DNA of 64,000 nt, taken from Nemertoderma westbladi (taxonomy: Eukaryota > Animalia > Xenacoelomorpha). The notes beneath the pieces are model-generated. The model was not told where the DNA came from. It searched no databases and worked only from the letters and a program-made list of their open reading frames with translations. Where the stretch lies: positions 3,887-67,886 of the forward strand of contig JAUCBJ010006199.1 in assembly GCA_032718475.1 (NCBI GenBank), in the 5' to 3' direction. Each line of letters opens with the position of its first letter. Within the stretch, counting starts at the first letter, position 1. Position numbers and translations under genes: made by a program. Positions 37,236-50,250 of the stretch are shown here, one piece after another.

Positions 37236-39201
37236 CCCATGTATACTTTGGATGTCTACCTTGGATAGCATTTAGCGTTACTTCGCCTATAAAACTTTTA
37301 GACTTGAGTATATTTATATATTTAGGCCAGATCTGGAAAGAGCTCAAAATGACCATTCCAATGGTATATAATATATTGGGGTTCGACAAGATATAAAAAA
37401 AAAGTATTTTGCAACGCTTTGAGCCACGTTTATTGACCAATGACCCTATATCTCAGCAGTTTCTCGAGAAAATTAAGATATTGTTACATATTTGGAATCC
37501 TTGCAACGCAAGCTTTCTAATGATATGATAAAATTACGACTAATGTGAAGAATGGCCACGATACAGAGGGTGCGATTTAAAACGCCTATAAAAAAAAAAT
37601 TTAAGGCAAAATATCGAAAATTCCGGCTTCATGGTAACCACCACGGTGAGTTGAACTCGTTGTGTTTCAAAGTTCAAGCAATATGATAAAGATATGTAGA
37701 AAAATTTGGGGGTGGGGGGGGGGGGGGGGGGGTTCGTGCCATCAGAAAATGACACTATATTACGGGTCATGGTGTATATTTTATTGAAAGCGAAGTCACC
37801 TGGCGGTCTTTATAGGTACCAAATACAATCAATAATTTAATATTAAAATATTAAATTAAGGAGGGGTACCCCGACCCCCTCAAGAGATTATTTTAAAACA
37901 GCACGAACAGTGTGTTGAATGTCAATAGCACTGCGGGGCGAGCCACGAAGTGAGCGAACCCTCAGCATAGGGGTACCATTAACGAGTTGTCTGTCGTCGT
38001 TTTTTAATTTTTGATTGCTAATAAGTCGGTCATTACTTGATGAAACTAAACCAAACTTGGTAAGTATGTAGTCAGTCAAAAGCATAGATAGAATCTGAAG
38101 TTTGGTCGAAAGTCAGACAGTCTGTAAGTCGGTACCGGTAGTTTTTTGAATTTTGATAAAAACCGAAATAACTCAATCAATGTCAAAGTCAATCATGAAT
38201 GAAATTAAACCAAACTCGGTACGTATGCATGCATGCAGTCATCTGAAATTTGGTAGAAATGACCTAAGAACATTATAGGCTTTATTAATAATTTTGCGAA
38301 ACAGATTAATTCAGTTCCTATGTCAGTCCCATGGCGGCGTAATGTAAATAGAAACAAGTACACGGATTATAGCTTCTCAGGTTAAATTGGTATCGTGCTG
38401 CGCGAAGGCTCCACGAACGGGTTATGTTGTGTACAACCATCGTCTGGAAGGCCAAATGGCATTTTAATGGAAATTTAAATCTTCCTTTACCGGCGAGAGG
38501 TGGAATTATATAAGTCGCTAACGAAGTCGTTCAACTAACATTTTAACCAAATTTTTTGAAATTGAAACCAACTTTTTTGGAATCACATTTTTTTTCAAAA
38601 CTACAAAAACTCAGAGTAGATTTTTAAATTATCATTTTTAAATTAAATTAATTAAAATTCGCATTATTTGAACAAAACGTTTTTAAAAAAAGTGCTAATA
38701 TTTTTCAAGATCTTCAAAAAACATGTCAAACGAGAGATAACTTTTGGAATTGGGGTGAAAAATGACGGCATAGTATTTTGAAAAACGTAATTCAGATCAT
38801 TTCCTTTAAAGTTTGATCCTTACAGTTCTAGCCTGTCTGTCAGGGGTCTGTTAATTGAGTAATGTTTGGCACTACGTCTGCAAAACAACACCACCTTCCT
38901 AAAATTATCAACATGGGGTTTTCAGGGTCGGTGATTTCATATAGTATTCTAGTGCGAAACATGTAACTCTCTAAAAATCTCAAATATTTATCGTACATAT
39001 TTAAGACAGTAAGATGTTTCACAAATTTTGATTTGTTTGAATTTCGAATCCTTGAAAGGTCAGCTTTCTTATCAGTACCGTTACCGTACCAACAAAGCTA
39101 TATTACTATATACCGGTACCAGTCAGTATATTAACCACTGAATTACGAAACTAATTGCAGTATAAGGTACACTACACCTACACACGCGTTATTAAACTTG
39201 C

Positions 39202-39272
39202 CTCGTCCTGTCTGGGAAATTCTTTATAAACAAGGAATATGTGCGTTTGTTGTTTTGATATCGAGACGACAT
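39202..39272 (-). CDS. SRSF10: SRSF10/12-like first coding exon (MSSRYQNNKRTYSLFIKNFPDRTR)
   Basis: RNP2 SLFIKN, similar to human [22 protein letters not shown]. Phase-2 junction matches exon 2; donor AG|GCAAGT (GC-AG intron). Confidence 0.88.
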
Positions 39273-39506
39273 GCTGCTATCGCAGTTAACTCGTTGCCGG
39301 TACAAGTTGTTGTTTCTTGGTTATTGGTGGGTCGTCTTACGATGAATCCCGCCAGTAATCAAATATACGTGATATTCTTAAACCTGTTGGAAAGAATAAA
39401 CAGAAATTAACATAAACTAAATGTATGGCTGAAAGTACGGTTATGGCAATGCTGCAATGATACGAACCATGGGTTTGGGTTAATTATTGTTTGTTACAAT
39501 CTCTAA

Positions 39507-40022
39507 GGCCCCCCTCACACGGAGCAACTTGTTTCTGCAACTTGTTTCTGAAACTTGTTGCTGGACCCCCTCACACACAGAAACTTGTTGCTGCAACTTG
39601 TTTCCGAAACTTGTTTCTGTGTGTGAGGACTCCAGCAACAAGTTTCTGAAACTTGTTTCCGCAACTTGTTTCTGTGTGTGAGGGAGTCCAGCAACAAGTT
39701 GCTGGAAGTTATATACCCAGCAACTTTTTGAAAAACTTTTATTACATTCCATTTTTTGATACTAGCTAATATTAGATAATTTGAGTGATGTGATATTACA
39801 TATAAATGACTGGACTTGTTAGCTATTTATTTGCAAATAATTGTTATTTTCTTCAGCAACAAGTTTCTGTGTGTGAGGGGGTCCAGCAACAAGTTGCAGA
39901 AACAAGTTTCGGAAACAAGTTGCAGAAACAAGTTGCAGCAACAAGTTTCTGTGTGTGAGGGGGTCCAGCAACAAGTTTCAGAAACAAGTTGCAGAAACAA
40001 GTTGCTCCGTGTGAGGGGGGCC
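39507..40022. mobile_element. PIF/Harbinger-type MITE
   Basis: TIR GGCCCCCCTCACACGGAGCAACTTG; 3-bp TSD TAA (39504-39506, 40023-40025); internal AACTTGTT subrepeats. Confidence 0.9.
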
Positions 40023-40250
40023 TAAGTGAAAACGTACCATGGGTAAATGTACCCGAACAGAAACGTACCCGAATACTGGGTACGTTTTAACAATGATGCA
40101 TTGGGTACGTTTTAGTAGTACAAAAATAAATAGCAAAAATAAATTATAACCTGTGCTATTGACTCTCGTTTATTGTTTTGGTTGGATTAATTTGTCACCG
40201 TAACCTGCTCCTTTCCCTTGCTCTATTACAGTTTGCGTGCCACCTATATA

Positions 40251-41512
40251 CAGCATGTCCTGGAATATAGTGTCGTTCTTCTGGTACATAGCCCCCCCCC
40301 ACCCCCCCCCCCCCCCCCAATTTTTCAACAAATCTTAATGAGATCCCATTTTCTATTCCCTATATTTCCTAATATGTAAAAATATTTGAATTTGGTTGGG
40401 AAATAGCTGAAATATGGGCATTCGAATTTTACATGTATTTGCTTCCACTGCAGGCCATTTATTCTATTTAATAAATACACAATGTTCTAGAAAATTTTGT
40501 TTATCTCATAAGTAGCTTGGCAACAATGCAATGCCTAAATGATAATACTAGTAATCAAAATGTTCTAGAACATTGTGTATTTATTAAATTGAATAAATGG
40601 CCTGCAGCAGAAGCAAATACATGTAAAATTCGAATGCCCATATTTCTGCTATTTCCCAACCAAATTCAAATATTTTTACATATTAGGAAATAGGATATAT
40701 ATGTAGGATATAGGAATATAGGTCGCGGCGGCCAATAGGGCTTGACGATGGCGCAGGGATGTGGGCGGTGCGTTAGAAGAGGGAGAATTCAGCGAGGCTC
40801 GTGAGGATCTTACTGCTCTGATGAAGGATTACGAGGAGGTTGGAGTTGATAGTGGTGAAGCCGAAGATGAGGAGGGAGAGGAGGAATATTAGATGTACAC
40901 TTTACAAACTCTATTCATTCAGCCGTCACTACTAGAAATATGCAACTCTTACTATTAATTACTATTACTATTAATTTTAGTTATGTACGGGATTATTTGC
41001 CAATATTGCGTAACTAATCATACATAAACAAATTGTTCCAGAATATTGTGTATTTATTAAATAGAATAAATGGCCTGCAGCGAACGATTAAATAGAATAA
41101 ATGGCATGCAGCAGAAGCAAATACATGCCAAATTCGAATGCCCTTATTTCAGCTATTTCCCAACCAAATTCAAATATTTTTACATATTAGGAAATAGGAA
41201 TCCTTTCATGGCCAGATTTCGACTAGTACCTACAAATCAAAATAAGGTTGTAAATAAGGTTGAAGAATAACTATGGTGTAACTGGTGCAATATTGACGGA
41301 GACACTTTTTTTAAACCTTTGTAGCTAAAGACCGAAAGCGAAAATAAAAATTCTGGCTCACCCAGTAAGGACAAAGGAGGAGGGAGGTGAAACTAACTCT
41401 GTTTCAAATTTCATGCAATCTCATTAAGATTTGTAGAACAATTTGGGGGGGGGGGGGGGGGGGGGGGGGGAGCATGTACCAGAATAACGACACTATATTC
41501 CAGGACATGGTG
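40251..41512. mobile_element. TA-flanked foldback MITE carrying an alpha-tubulin fragment
   Basis: TIR CA(G/C)CATGTCCTGGAATATAGTGTCGTT..TCTGGTACAT + polyC/polyG; TA on both sides. Confidence 0.85.
40776..40892 (+). pseudogene. TUBA: Alpha-tubulin C-terminal fragment
   Basis: [38 protein letters not shown] followed by UTR-like sequence; no upstream tubulin sequence. Confidence 0.92.
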
Positions 41513-41656
41513 TATTCAATATAATTATATTTAGATTGTAATATATTCTACGAGTACCGCTACTTACAATTACATTTTGTTACGTTTAAACTTTTTATAC
41601 TAGCTAGTTTTTAGTTTCTAGTTTTTAGCATTACGTCAGCCAGTAGCGCTGAGGTG

Positions 41657-42089
41657 ACTACAAAACAAAGACCCAGATAATAAAGACCTGTACAAAACAC
41701 ATGAGTTATTAGTGTTAACTTACGTTTATAGTTTTGGTTCCCCCAACACGCATCTGTAACCTGCTCCTTTACTAGGCCTAACCTGCTCCTTTAAATGACA
41801 ATGTGACTGAACAGCATAACGCTCTATGGCAATGGGACCTAACGCTTTTTGGGACCTAACGCTCTTTCAGTCTTTCGGACGTAACGTGACTTTACCTCAT
41901 TGTTTTGTACAGGTTCCAAAGAGCGTTAGGTGCCATTGCATTTAAAGGAGCAGGTTAGTAAAGGATCATGTTACAGAGGCGTGTTGGGGGGAACCAAAAC
42001 AATATACGAAAGTTAATACATGTTACAATTGAATATTATGCAGGTCTTCATTTGTTATTATTTGGGTCTTTGGTCTTTGTTTTGTAGTC
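41657..42089. mobile_element. Small foldback element
   Basis: GACTACAAAACAAAGACC... mirrored by ...GGTCTTTGTTTTGTAGTC; inner inverted blocks TTTTGGTTCCCCCAACACGC and AACCTGCTCCTTTA. Confidence 0.7.
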
Positions 42090-45000
42090 AAGCAGTAGTG
42101 CTGCACCATGTACTGATGTCTGGCTGTACTATAGGGCAACGGTAGCGTTAGGCTGTTAGGTCTGTAGGTCCTGGCGGCTTGGCGCAGTTCCTAGATGATA
42201 GGGTGGCATAAAGGCTGAAAGGTCCATTGTCCATTACATATTAGTCACTCGTCACACCGACACCCCAACCAGCCAACGCTCATTCCTCAACCGCAAAAGA
42301 AGACCCGTACAGCCGTATCAGCGCACCGTATGGACTCTGACTCAAGATGCAATGTCAGAAGGTGGAAAGAACGATACACAGATACAAGCAGCAGAGTAGG
42401 CCTATGTACCTGTAATTGAAACCAAACCAACTTATTTTTCTTACCTACCTTAGGATGTTAGGTAAATTAAAAGCAAGCCAGTCAGCCAGTTAGTTTGTAG
42501 TAAACTGAACAGGTTCCACGTCCCAGCCAGCCAGCCGATTTTCCGATAGATTTGAATGTCGCAAATAGGTTATCTGCAATGTATCTGTCTCTATCTGCTA
42601 TCATCTACCTGTTATATACCATATACCGTACCGGAAAGATATAGCTGTATAGTCTAAACACTACAGCACTAACTGTGAACTGATTCTGCAGTGCCAGTGG
42701 TCCTACTGCAGTACCAGTCAGCCAGTACTGTCCTAGTCCTGTAGTCTACCGCTACCGGTACAGGTAATTTGCTCAAGATTGTATATTCCTGTATTCAGGT
42801 TCAACATTTGAACATACAGTGAATAATTGTAAAACAAACTTAGACACAAATAAAACCGTACATTTAACCATATACAGATATACAGATATACCTGTATACA
42901 CCATTGCGTACAGTAGTTATTATTATTACTTGGCATTGAAATATTAATCAAATAAAAACACCGGATAAAAACAAACCAGGTACAATAACGGTAAGTTATA
43001 TAGAGCATACTAATTCACAGCAGCTTAAATAAAATAAATCTAAAATATTTCAAAATATCTACAAATTTAAAGTTTTAATAAATAGTTTAAAATAAATCAA
43101 AAATAGCTGAGTTCAAAATATCTACAAAGTTATGTTTAAAATACAATAAATAACTAAATAAATTAATAGCTTATTTGCATATAAAATTTGATATGGAGTA
43201 GGCCTACATAATATATTTTGTTACATTATGTTAACTTAACAGCGTTCTGGTGAATTACTCGTAACGCTGCAAAGTACTACTTTGCAGCGTTGCGGCCTAT
43301 AGGACGGAACGCTGCAAAGTAATCAATGACATGGAAACAACTTCAATTACCGTATTCCAGAATGTATTATTTCCATTTATGATTAATGAGTGCTGCTTTA
43401 TTATCCAGTTTGCAGTGACGGGACTAGCTACTGTATGTCAATAATTGTTTAACGTGTACTGTAATCCATATCGATACGCCAAGACACTTTAGAGAAATTT
43501 AGCAAAGAAAATGGCGGCAGTGTTCAGTCTGTCAGTAAAACTGAACGGACACAGATTGCTTCAGTCGACGATGGATGAAAGATTTATCACATCCATGCAG
43601 GAGATAACTTCCAATATACTTTTATTCGATTTAAATGTATATTTAATGATATATAATATATATAATGATGTATCATATATATAATAATATATAATATGTA
43701 CCTGTTAATAAATTTAACTTATATTCGAAATAGTCCATGATAAAATGTTTAAATGAGCATCCATAAAATCCTTTCTTTACATACCGAACGCTGATAAGTT
43801 GACATAATGTCAACAAAATTACATACATCATTGCTTGCAAAGGTCACTTTTCAGCGTTAAAGACCCTTGTTTATTTATGTAAACCTCCCTCGCTGCGCTC
43901 GCTCGGTACATAAATAAACTCGGGTCATAACGCTGCAAAGTGCTACTTTGCACACAATGATGTAAATAGTTATAGAAATAAAATCCACTTAAAATAAGAA
44001 AGACAAGATTATTACAATAAACAGGTTATATAACGAAAGATTTATTACATTGTACATAGACTGATAGATCATTTAAAATAACAAAAACAAAATAAAAAGC
44101 AACAAATTTATTTTAGACACGCTGTTAACAATCTCAGCTAGGTGTGAGTTCCAAATAGGCACAATTCTGTACGCAAATATATTTTATTCCAAAATTGTAA
44201 CATTACTCAACGGCAACGCCGTTAATATTAACAGCGAGTTGTTATTTAGCACTTTACAACTTTAGAGGACATTACAGTATTGTATTCAGGCCTGTACATT
44301 TAGTATTGTATTTGGTGTTATTGTTTACATGGTAACCCATGATGGCATTAAATAATGTCCAATCGATCTAAGCAATTGAACATCGCCATTTAAAATATAA
44401 TTTGATTATTAGTTGATTGTCTACTGTAGTGCGGTTGGTCTGGTACTGGCAGGGCGGTACTGACACTGACAGTAGTGACAGTGGTCAAATTAAGTTATGT
44501 ATTTTTCTAGAAAATACAGTTTCTTTCACGTGCTGCGCGAAGGGCACATCGTCCTCTGCAGCCGTGGTGCAAAATTTACACCACATTAAATACACGACCT
44601 GGGTGTCTGTCTGTAGATTTTCCGGCAAATTGAAGGAAAATTGTGGAAGTGGTGCACATTTGAAAACAGGCAAAAATTGACTTTTCGAGAAAAAAGCCAT
44701 AAACTCATGATTTTCAATCGTGCTGGTCGAAGCTGAGAATCACCCCAATCTCTGAAGTTACACATAGACCAGAGAGTGTATGTGTGAAATTTGAGACAAA
44801 TCGGTCCAAAAATGGCCACTGGGGAAAGGTGTTTGTCACTGTGCCTCAAATGTGATAGAACCCAGGAAAGTGTCAGACGAAAGTTTACCGGTCGACATGA
44901 GTTAAACTGTCCAATAAACGTAGGCTAGGCAAGGCAGTTTCAACTGCTCACTTAGAAAATTCAGATTACAGAGTTAGATGGAATAGCAATACCACTGGAA

Positions 45001-45386
45001 AGCATTGCAGATATCACCAGAGATGTAGACAACTCCGTTCCGTATCCGTAGGGTGTTCTGTTCAGTAACACAACATGGCAATTCAAGAAGAGGATGCGAG
45101 GATTATTCTCCTCTTCATAATGATCGATGAAGTTGATGACTTCTGTCATGTCACATCCGACAGGACGCAGGAACTTAAGCGGGTTTTGTAGCGTAAGAAT
45201 GGGATATTGATTTGAGCGAGACCCTAGAACCAAACGAACGAAAGAAACAAACTAAACCTTATCATAAATCAGTAAATTACAGAATTATGGTAAACTCGAG
45301 GGTCCACTTCGCAACGGCCTCAGTCTGTCAGTTCGCTCCCGGTGCATCGCCAATATAGCAATGTTGTACCACCACGGTTTAATATA

Positions 45387-45858
45387 CCCTTTTTTTTTTC
45401 TTTATAAGAACCAGTAGAATTTTGCCGAGCCTCGTGTTCTTAAAATATCTCGAACTTTCAGCCTCAAATGTTCTCAAACTGTTCTTGCATTACAGTAGGC
45501 ATACTGTACTGTACCATAAGTATCAAACATTGTCTGATTACAGTAGGTCTGTAGTCCTACTGCAGTACTGTTCAGCTGTTGTGAACTACAGTACGGTACT
45601 GCAGGTACAGTACTGCAGTAGGCTTACAGGTGAACTGAAACTGAAACATTTACAGTAGGGGTATACTTTAACACTAAATGTCAGACTGTGAACTGCCAGT
45701 ACAATTTTTGATTTCTCTGTGTATCTGGAGCTTATCAATTTTACTTAACTCACTTTGTGGAATCTGAGCCTCAAGTTGTTCTTAGATTGTTCTTAATTTT
45801 TTTCGCAAATTCGAGCCTCGTGTTCTTATAAACTGTGTTCTTATAAAAAAAAAAAATG
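45387..45858. mobile_element. TA-flanked MITE with (T)nATAAGAAC termini
   Basis: TA|CCC(T)n..TTTATAAGAAC at left, GTTCTTATA(A)nTG|TA at right; repeated GAGCCTCGTGTTCTTA subtermini. Confidence 0.6.
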
Positions 45859-46842
45859 TATCCAGTTTTACGCCACAGTACTACTTTTATAATAAAATCC
45901 GTAGAAAAATTATCTGCGACGATCTTGTCGCCAGTGAGGAACTCAGAGACAGTTCATCGGGAAGAATATGGAATGTTCTGTAAGGATGTTTGATCTCGAT
46001 AACAGAGGAGTCGAGAGAACAACCGATCCGACGCAGCAGTGAACACCGATGGAACCTAAGAAGGAACCACCGCGAACCACTTTCATTGGGGTGTCAGCCC
46101 TGCGTTGTCCAGGGGTGTTTTCCGGCCCGTGTTTTCTCGGCAAACGCCAATTGTCTTCGAGACTTAAATAGCACGATAATTGCAGTATAATTATTAATAC
46201 AGTGAGAAAGGCCTATAGGCCTTTCTCATATATCATATATGATTAAAGATACAAATTAAGCAGTTAAGATTAATTAATTAATTATTATAATTAAACATCG
46301 CTATATACTTCAGCATCAGCAATAAAACTGATGTGTTACGCGGCCTTGCTCTGCTAGTAAAGCTACATATTAATATACAAATAAAAGTACATACTAGTGC
46401 ACAATTTTAGGCCTACGCTAATTCTGCAGTTTTCTGGGAAGGCCTGTTGTTAGTAAAGGTCGCCTTGGTACATACTGAGAAAAAGTGTCGCCTTGGAAAA
46501 TATGTCGAACTGGCGATTTGGTAGTGCGAAACTTATTCCATACAAATAAATAAAATATTATTACTCGCGATATTTCGCAAGTTTCGATGCTTTAACAAAT
46601 ACCAACACAGTAATAATACAGCATTGTGTATGTAGACTTTTATTGTTATACCGTAGTTATTTGTTTATTTGTGCGGGGAGACATCATGACCTACAGTACT
46701 ACAGATCAGATACGTTGTAATACAGATACGACCCGTCAAGCTGCCGATATAAAGACACATACATTTGGAAAACGGCCCTAATATAATTATAACAGTTCGG
46801 TGATGGCTCGCAGTTCTGACTAGTCCCATATACCAACCTACA

Positions 46843-46886
46843 CACCATGTCCTGGAATAGTGTCGTAATTCAGTGACATGCCACCC

Positions 46887-46918
<32 letters not shown>

Positions 46919-47552
46919 AAAAATAAAAAATTTCCTACAAATCTTAAAGAGACTGCATACAAGTTTAACAGATATATTTTCACTCCTATATATTCCTCCT
47001 CAGTGGGTGAGTCAGAATTTTTAATTTTGCTTTCAATCTTTAGTTACAAGCGTTAGAAAAATGTGTCTTGCGCGATATTGCTGTTCTTCAACTTTATAGC
47101 GATTTGTTGGTATTGGTAGCAATGCAAAGCTGGCCATGCAAGGATTCCAAATATATAAAAATAGTTGAATTTGATTGGGAAATAGCTGAGATATTGGCAT
47201 TCAAATTTGCATGCATGTATTTGCTTCAGCTGCGGGGCGTTTATTATATTTAATAAATACACAATATTCTGGAACATTTTGTTTATCTCCTAAGTAGCTG
47301 GGCAATAATGCAATGCCTATATAATAATAATAGTATGTGGATATTCATACATAAACAATGTTCTAGAACATGGTACATTTATTAAATCGAATAAAAGGCC
47401 TGCTGCGGAACAAATACATGCGACATTCGAATGTCCAAATTCCCAACCAAATCCAAATATCGTTTGGAATCATTGCAATTACCAGCTTTGCATTGCTACC
47501 AACAAATCACTATAAAGTTGAAGAACAGCAATATCGATGGAGACACTTTTGA
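46843..47552. mobile_element. Partial copy of the CACCATGTCC foldback family
   Basis: CACCATGTCCTGGAATAGTGTCG + polyC; internal palindrome homologous to 40251-41512; right end missing. Confidence 0.7.
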
Positions 47553-47690
47553 AATGTGCCGTGGAAATCCACAACATTTTATGAAAAGTGCCGTGAAAGT
47601 CGCGGCATTTTACGAAGTGTGCCGCGAAAGTACGGCACTTTACGAAATGTGCCGCGAAAGCCACGGCACTTTACGAAATGTGCCGTGAAA
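47550..47690. repeat. ~30-bp tandem repeat (ACGGCACTTTACGAAATGTGCCGCGAAAG), ~5 copies
   Basis: Directly visible. Confidence 0.8.
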
Positions 47691-48837
47691 ATCCATAGTC
47701 CATGGGCCAGCCGGCTTAGGGGATACTTTTTGGTAACCATCTGGAACTTATATTTTTGGGAAGACCTATCTTTTGGCCACTCATTTTGATATGATAACAA
47801 AGCTAAATCCGTAGCTGACTTGGTGTTATCACCGGTTGTCATGGAAATCGCAAAATAATAAACATGCTGTAGTATTCTAATAACTCAATATAAATGCATC
47901 GCGTCTTCTGAAAAAGACAGCTACTGGTCTTACAATTCTAAATGTGTCATAACATTCTGGAATATAATTGTTGTTGCCATGGGAGCGCTGCTAAATGAAA
48001 ACTGACATATTTTAGAAAACTATCTACCATTCTAGAACAATATCATTATTTTAAAAACAAATTGCCACATATTATTGAATATTAGTTTTGGAAAATTTTG
48101 GTATACTGAGAGCGAAACGTGTTTTGTTGTAACTGTTATATATGGTACCAAAGTTATACCCATGTCTGAAATATTTTTCTATATCAGAATTTTAATCTCA
48201 TTTCTCTCTGTTTCATAATTATGACTAACAAAATATTTAGGTCAATGAAAAGCAATCATAATGTGACAATACTTTAAAATAACAAGATGGCATTTCAGAC
48301 ACCATTCCTTCCCGGTTACCATGACTACAGATACAATTGAAGATGACCCAGATGCACACTATGAAACATGACTTGACACCTACCACAAAATAAGGTTAGT
48401 ATTAACTTTAGAATATCATTGTTCCTAGATGATTTCTGTAAAGATGATTCCCTCGATAATGACATTTTTGAATACTAAATCCATCCATTAGATATGTAAG
48501 TATATTCTTAGTTCGTATGATGTCATAAGAGGAAATGGAGTATTAGTCCAGGGGTGTACTCTGTAATATATTTTCTAAAACACTTTTTTGTGTATGAAAT
48601 AAACAATAACATAACAGTTTATAAGAAATTACCGATAATCTGAAAGTCCCATAGAACATCAATTTGAAATCGCAAATCTCAACTAATTGGATGTTTCTAA
48701 ATCAAATAAACCCAAACCACCATCCATAAGTTATCACAATATACATAAATACGGCCCATGGCCCTCCCAACCCCCCCCCCCCCCCCCCCCCCCCACTCCC
48801 TAATTAGGCTCACCACCCACCCTCCTATGTTACTCAT

Positions 48838-49768
48838 CAGGGACAGGATACGATACGATACGAAAATACGATACGATACGAACCAATTATTCACTATAAA
48901 ATACGATACGAATACAAACTTGAGAAAATACGATACGAAAAATCCAAGATACGATACGAAATACGATAAAAGTTTCGTATTTTTTCGTATCGTATTTTAT
49001 CTAAGAGGTAATAAAAACATGTATTGTGTTTTGTATTGCAGTTAGAAAATCATATAAATCTCTATAGGAAATAATTTAAATTATTTCATTGTTCCAGCAT
49101 GCTTGTTACAGCAATAGTGCGGCTACTGGCTACAACATCCATGACGTTAAGCAGCACGGCCCAATCCAATATCACAATGCCACTTTATTCATACTGGTAC
49201 TCCTGTACCTAAACCTGCCGTTATTTATGGAATAATTTTGAATTGTATTTCATCATAGCAATATTGAATAAAATTCAAAACTTAAATTTCGAAGTCAAAC
49301 TAATATTAGAACTACTAAACCAAAACAAATGTTTTATTTATATTATTATTTCACTAGAATGCCGTTATCATAATATCAATGCCTTGTAGGCGCGATTTAA
49401 TCTGTAATTAGATTATATATTTCAGTGGACTTTTTTTATCATTATTCTACAGTTAATTACAATATGATTAACGATCCTCCTGTCTTACACATTTTATTGA
49501 CATAATAAAACAGTAAGCTGTAACCTAATTTATACACCAATTTTTGAGAAAATAAATGTAATAAATGATCTCTAGTTTGACTGTTGAAAACATTAATATT
49601 TACAAAATAATAAGACACGAAAATCCGATACGAAATACGAAAAATATTTATTCGTATTATACGATACGAAGTCAATTTTTATGATACGATACGAAATTCG
49701 ATACGAATAAAATACTGCGATACGAAATACGAAAATCCGTTTTCGTATCGTATCGTATCCTGTCCCTG
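48838..49768. mobile_element. Non-autonomous hAT element
   Basis: TIR CAGGGACAGGATACGATACGATACGAAAA; 8-bp TSD TTACTCAT (48830-48837, 49769-49776); subterminal ATACG repeats. Confidence 0.92.
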
Positions 49769-50109
49769 TTACTCATATAACATGGCTAAGGTGTCAGCCC
49801 AGCCACCCACATTAATGCCCCAACCAATACATATTTGTATTATTACGTTGTTTTGATATCTGCACAAGGTCGAAATCTAAGATAGACACAAAAATTCGGC
49901 ATTCTAAAACATTAACACGCAAATTACAATCCGAAAACTAAATAATACAGCCGGCTTCAAAATAGCGTTGGTTCCATCTCATTGGCTCCAACAGTTCTCC
50001 ATATATTGCAATAGGGCAGTGGTAGGGTTTATGTTACAATACGTTCTCCTACTTAGAGATCCACACTTTTGATAAACCTGGCATTTCAGGGTATCATCAC
50101 AGACCGAAA

Positions 50110-50250
50110 CAAGTAACACTTATGTATGTATCTTCTGCAGCAAGAACCTCAACCGATGATCCATTTTGTGCTGCATGGAGCGTTACACGAGTGTCAGCCA
50201 CATCATGGTCGCATTGTAATTCTTCAACAGAATGTAAATTATGTTCTGTA
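50110..50250 (-). pseudogene. Transposon-associated nuclease-like relic (HEEADTR-type motif)
   Basis: Minus frame reads EELQCDHDVADTRVTLHAAQNGSSVEVLAAEDTYI, resembling the C.HEEADTR..LHA...DTDV motif of large invertebrate DNA transposons (recall only). Confidence 0.5.

Larger units (their letters stand above)
33723..37774. mobile_element. TA-flanked foldback element (CACCATG-type termini) expanded by nested inserts and a satellite
   Basis: ~350-bp inverted arms (33723-34070 vs 37446-37774) with polyC/polyG tracts; TA at both ends; inner inverted repeat GGTCATTGGTCA at 34111 and ending 37445. Confidence 0.75.

Noticed and set aside
44961-46190. Short ORFs 44961-45233, 45943-46143 and 45990-46190 as exons
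   Set aside because: No recognisable motifs or consistent splice phases; may be decayed coding or TE sequence.
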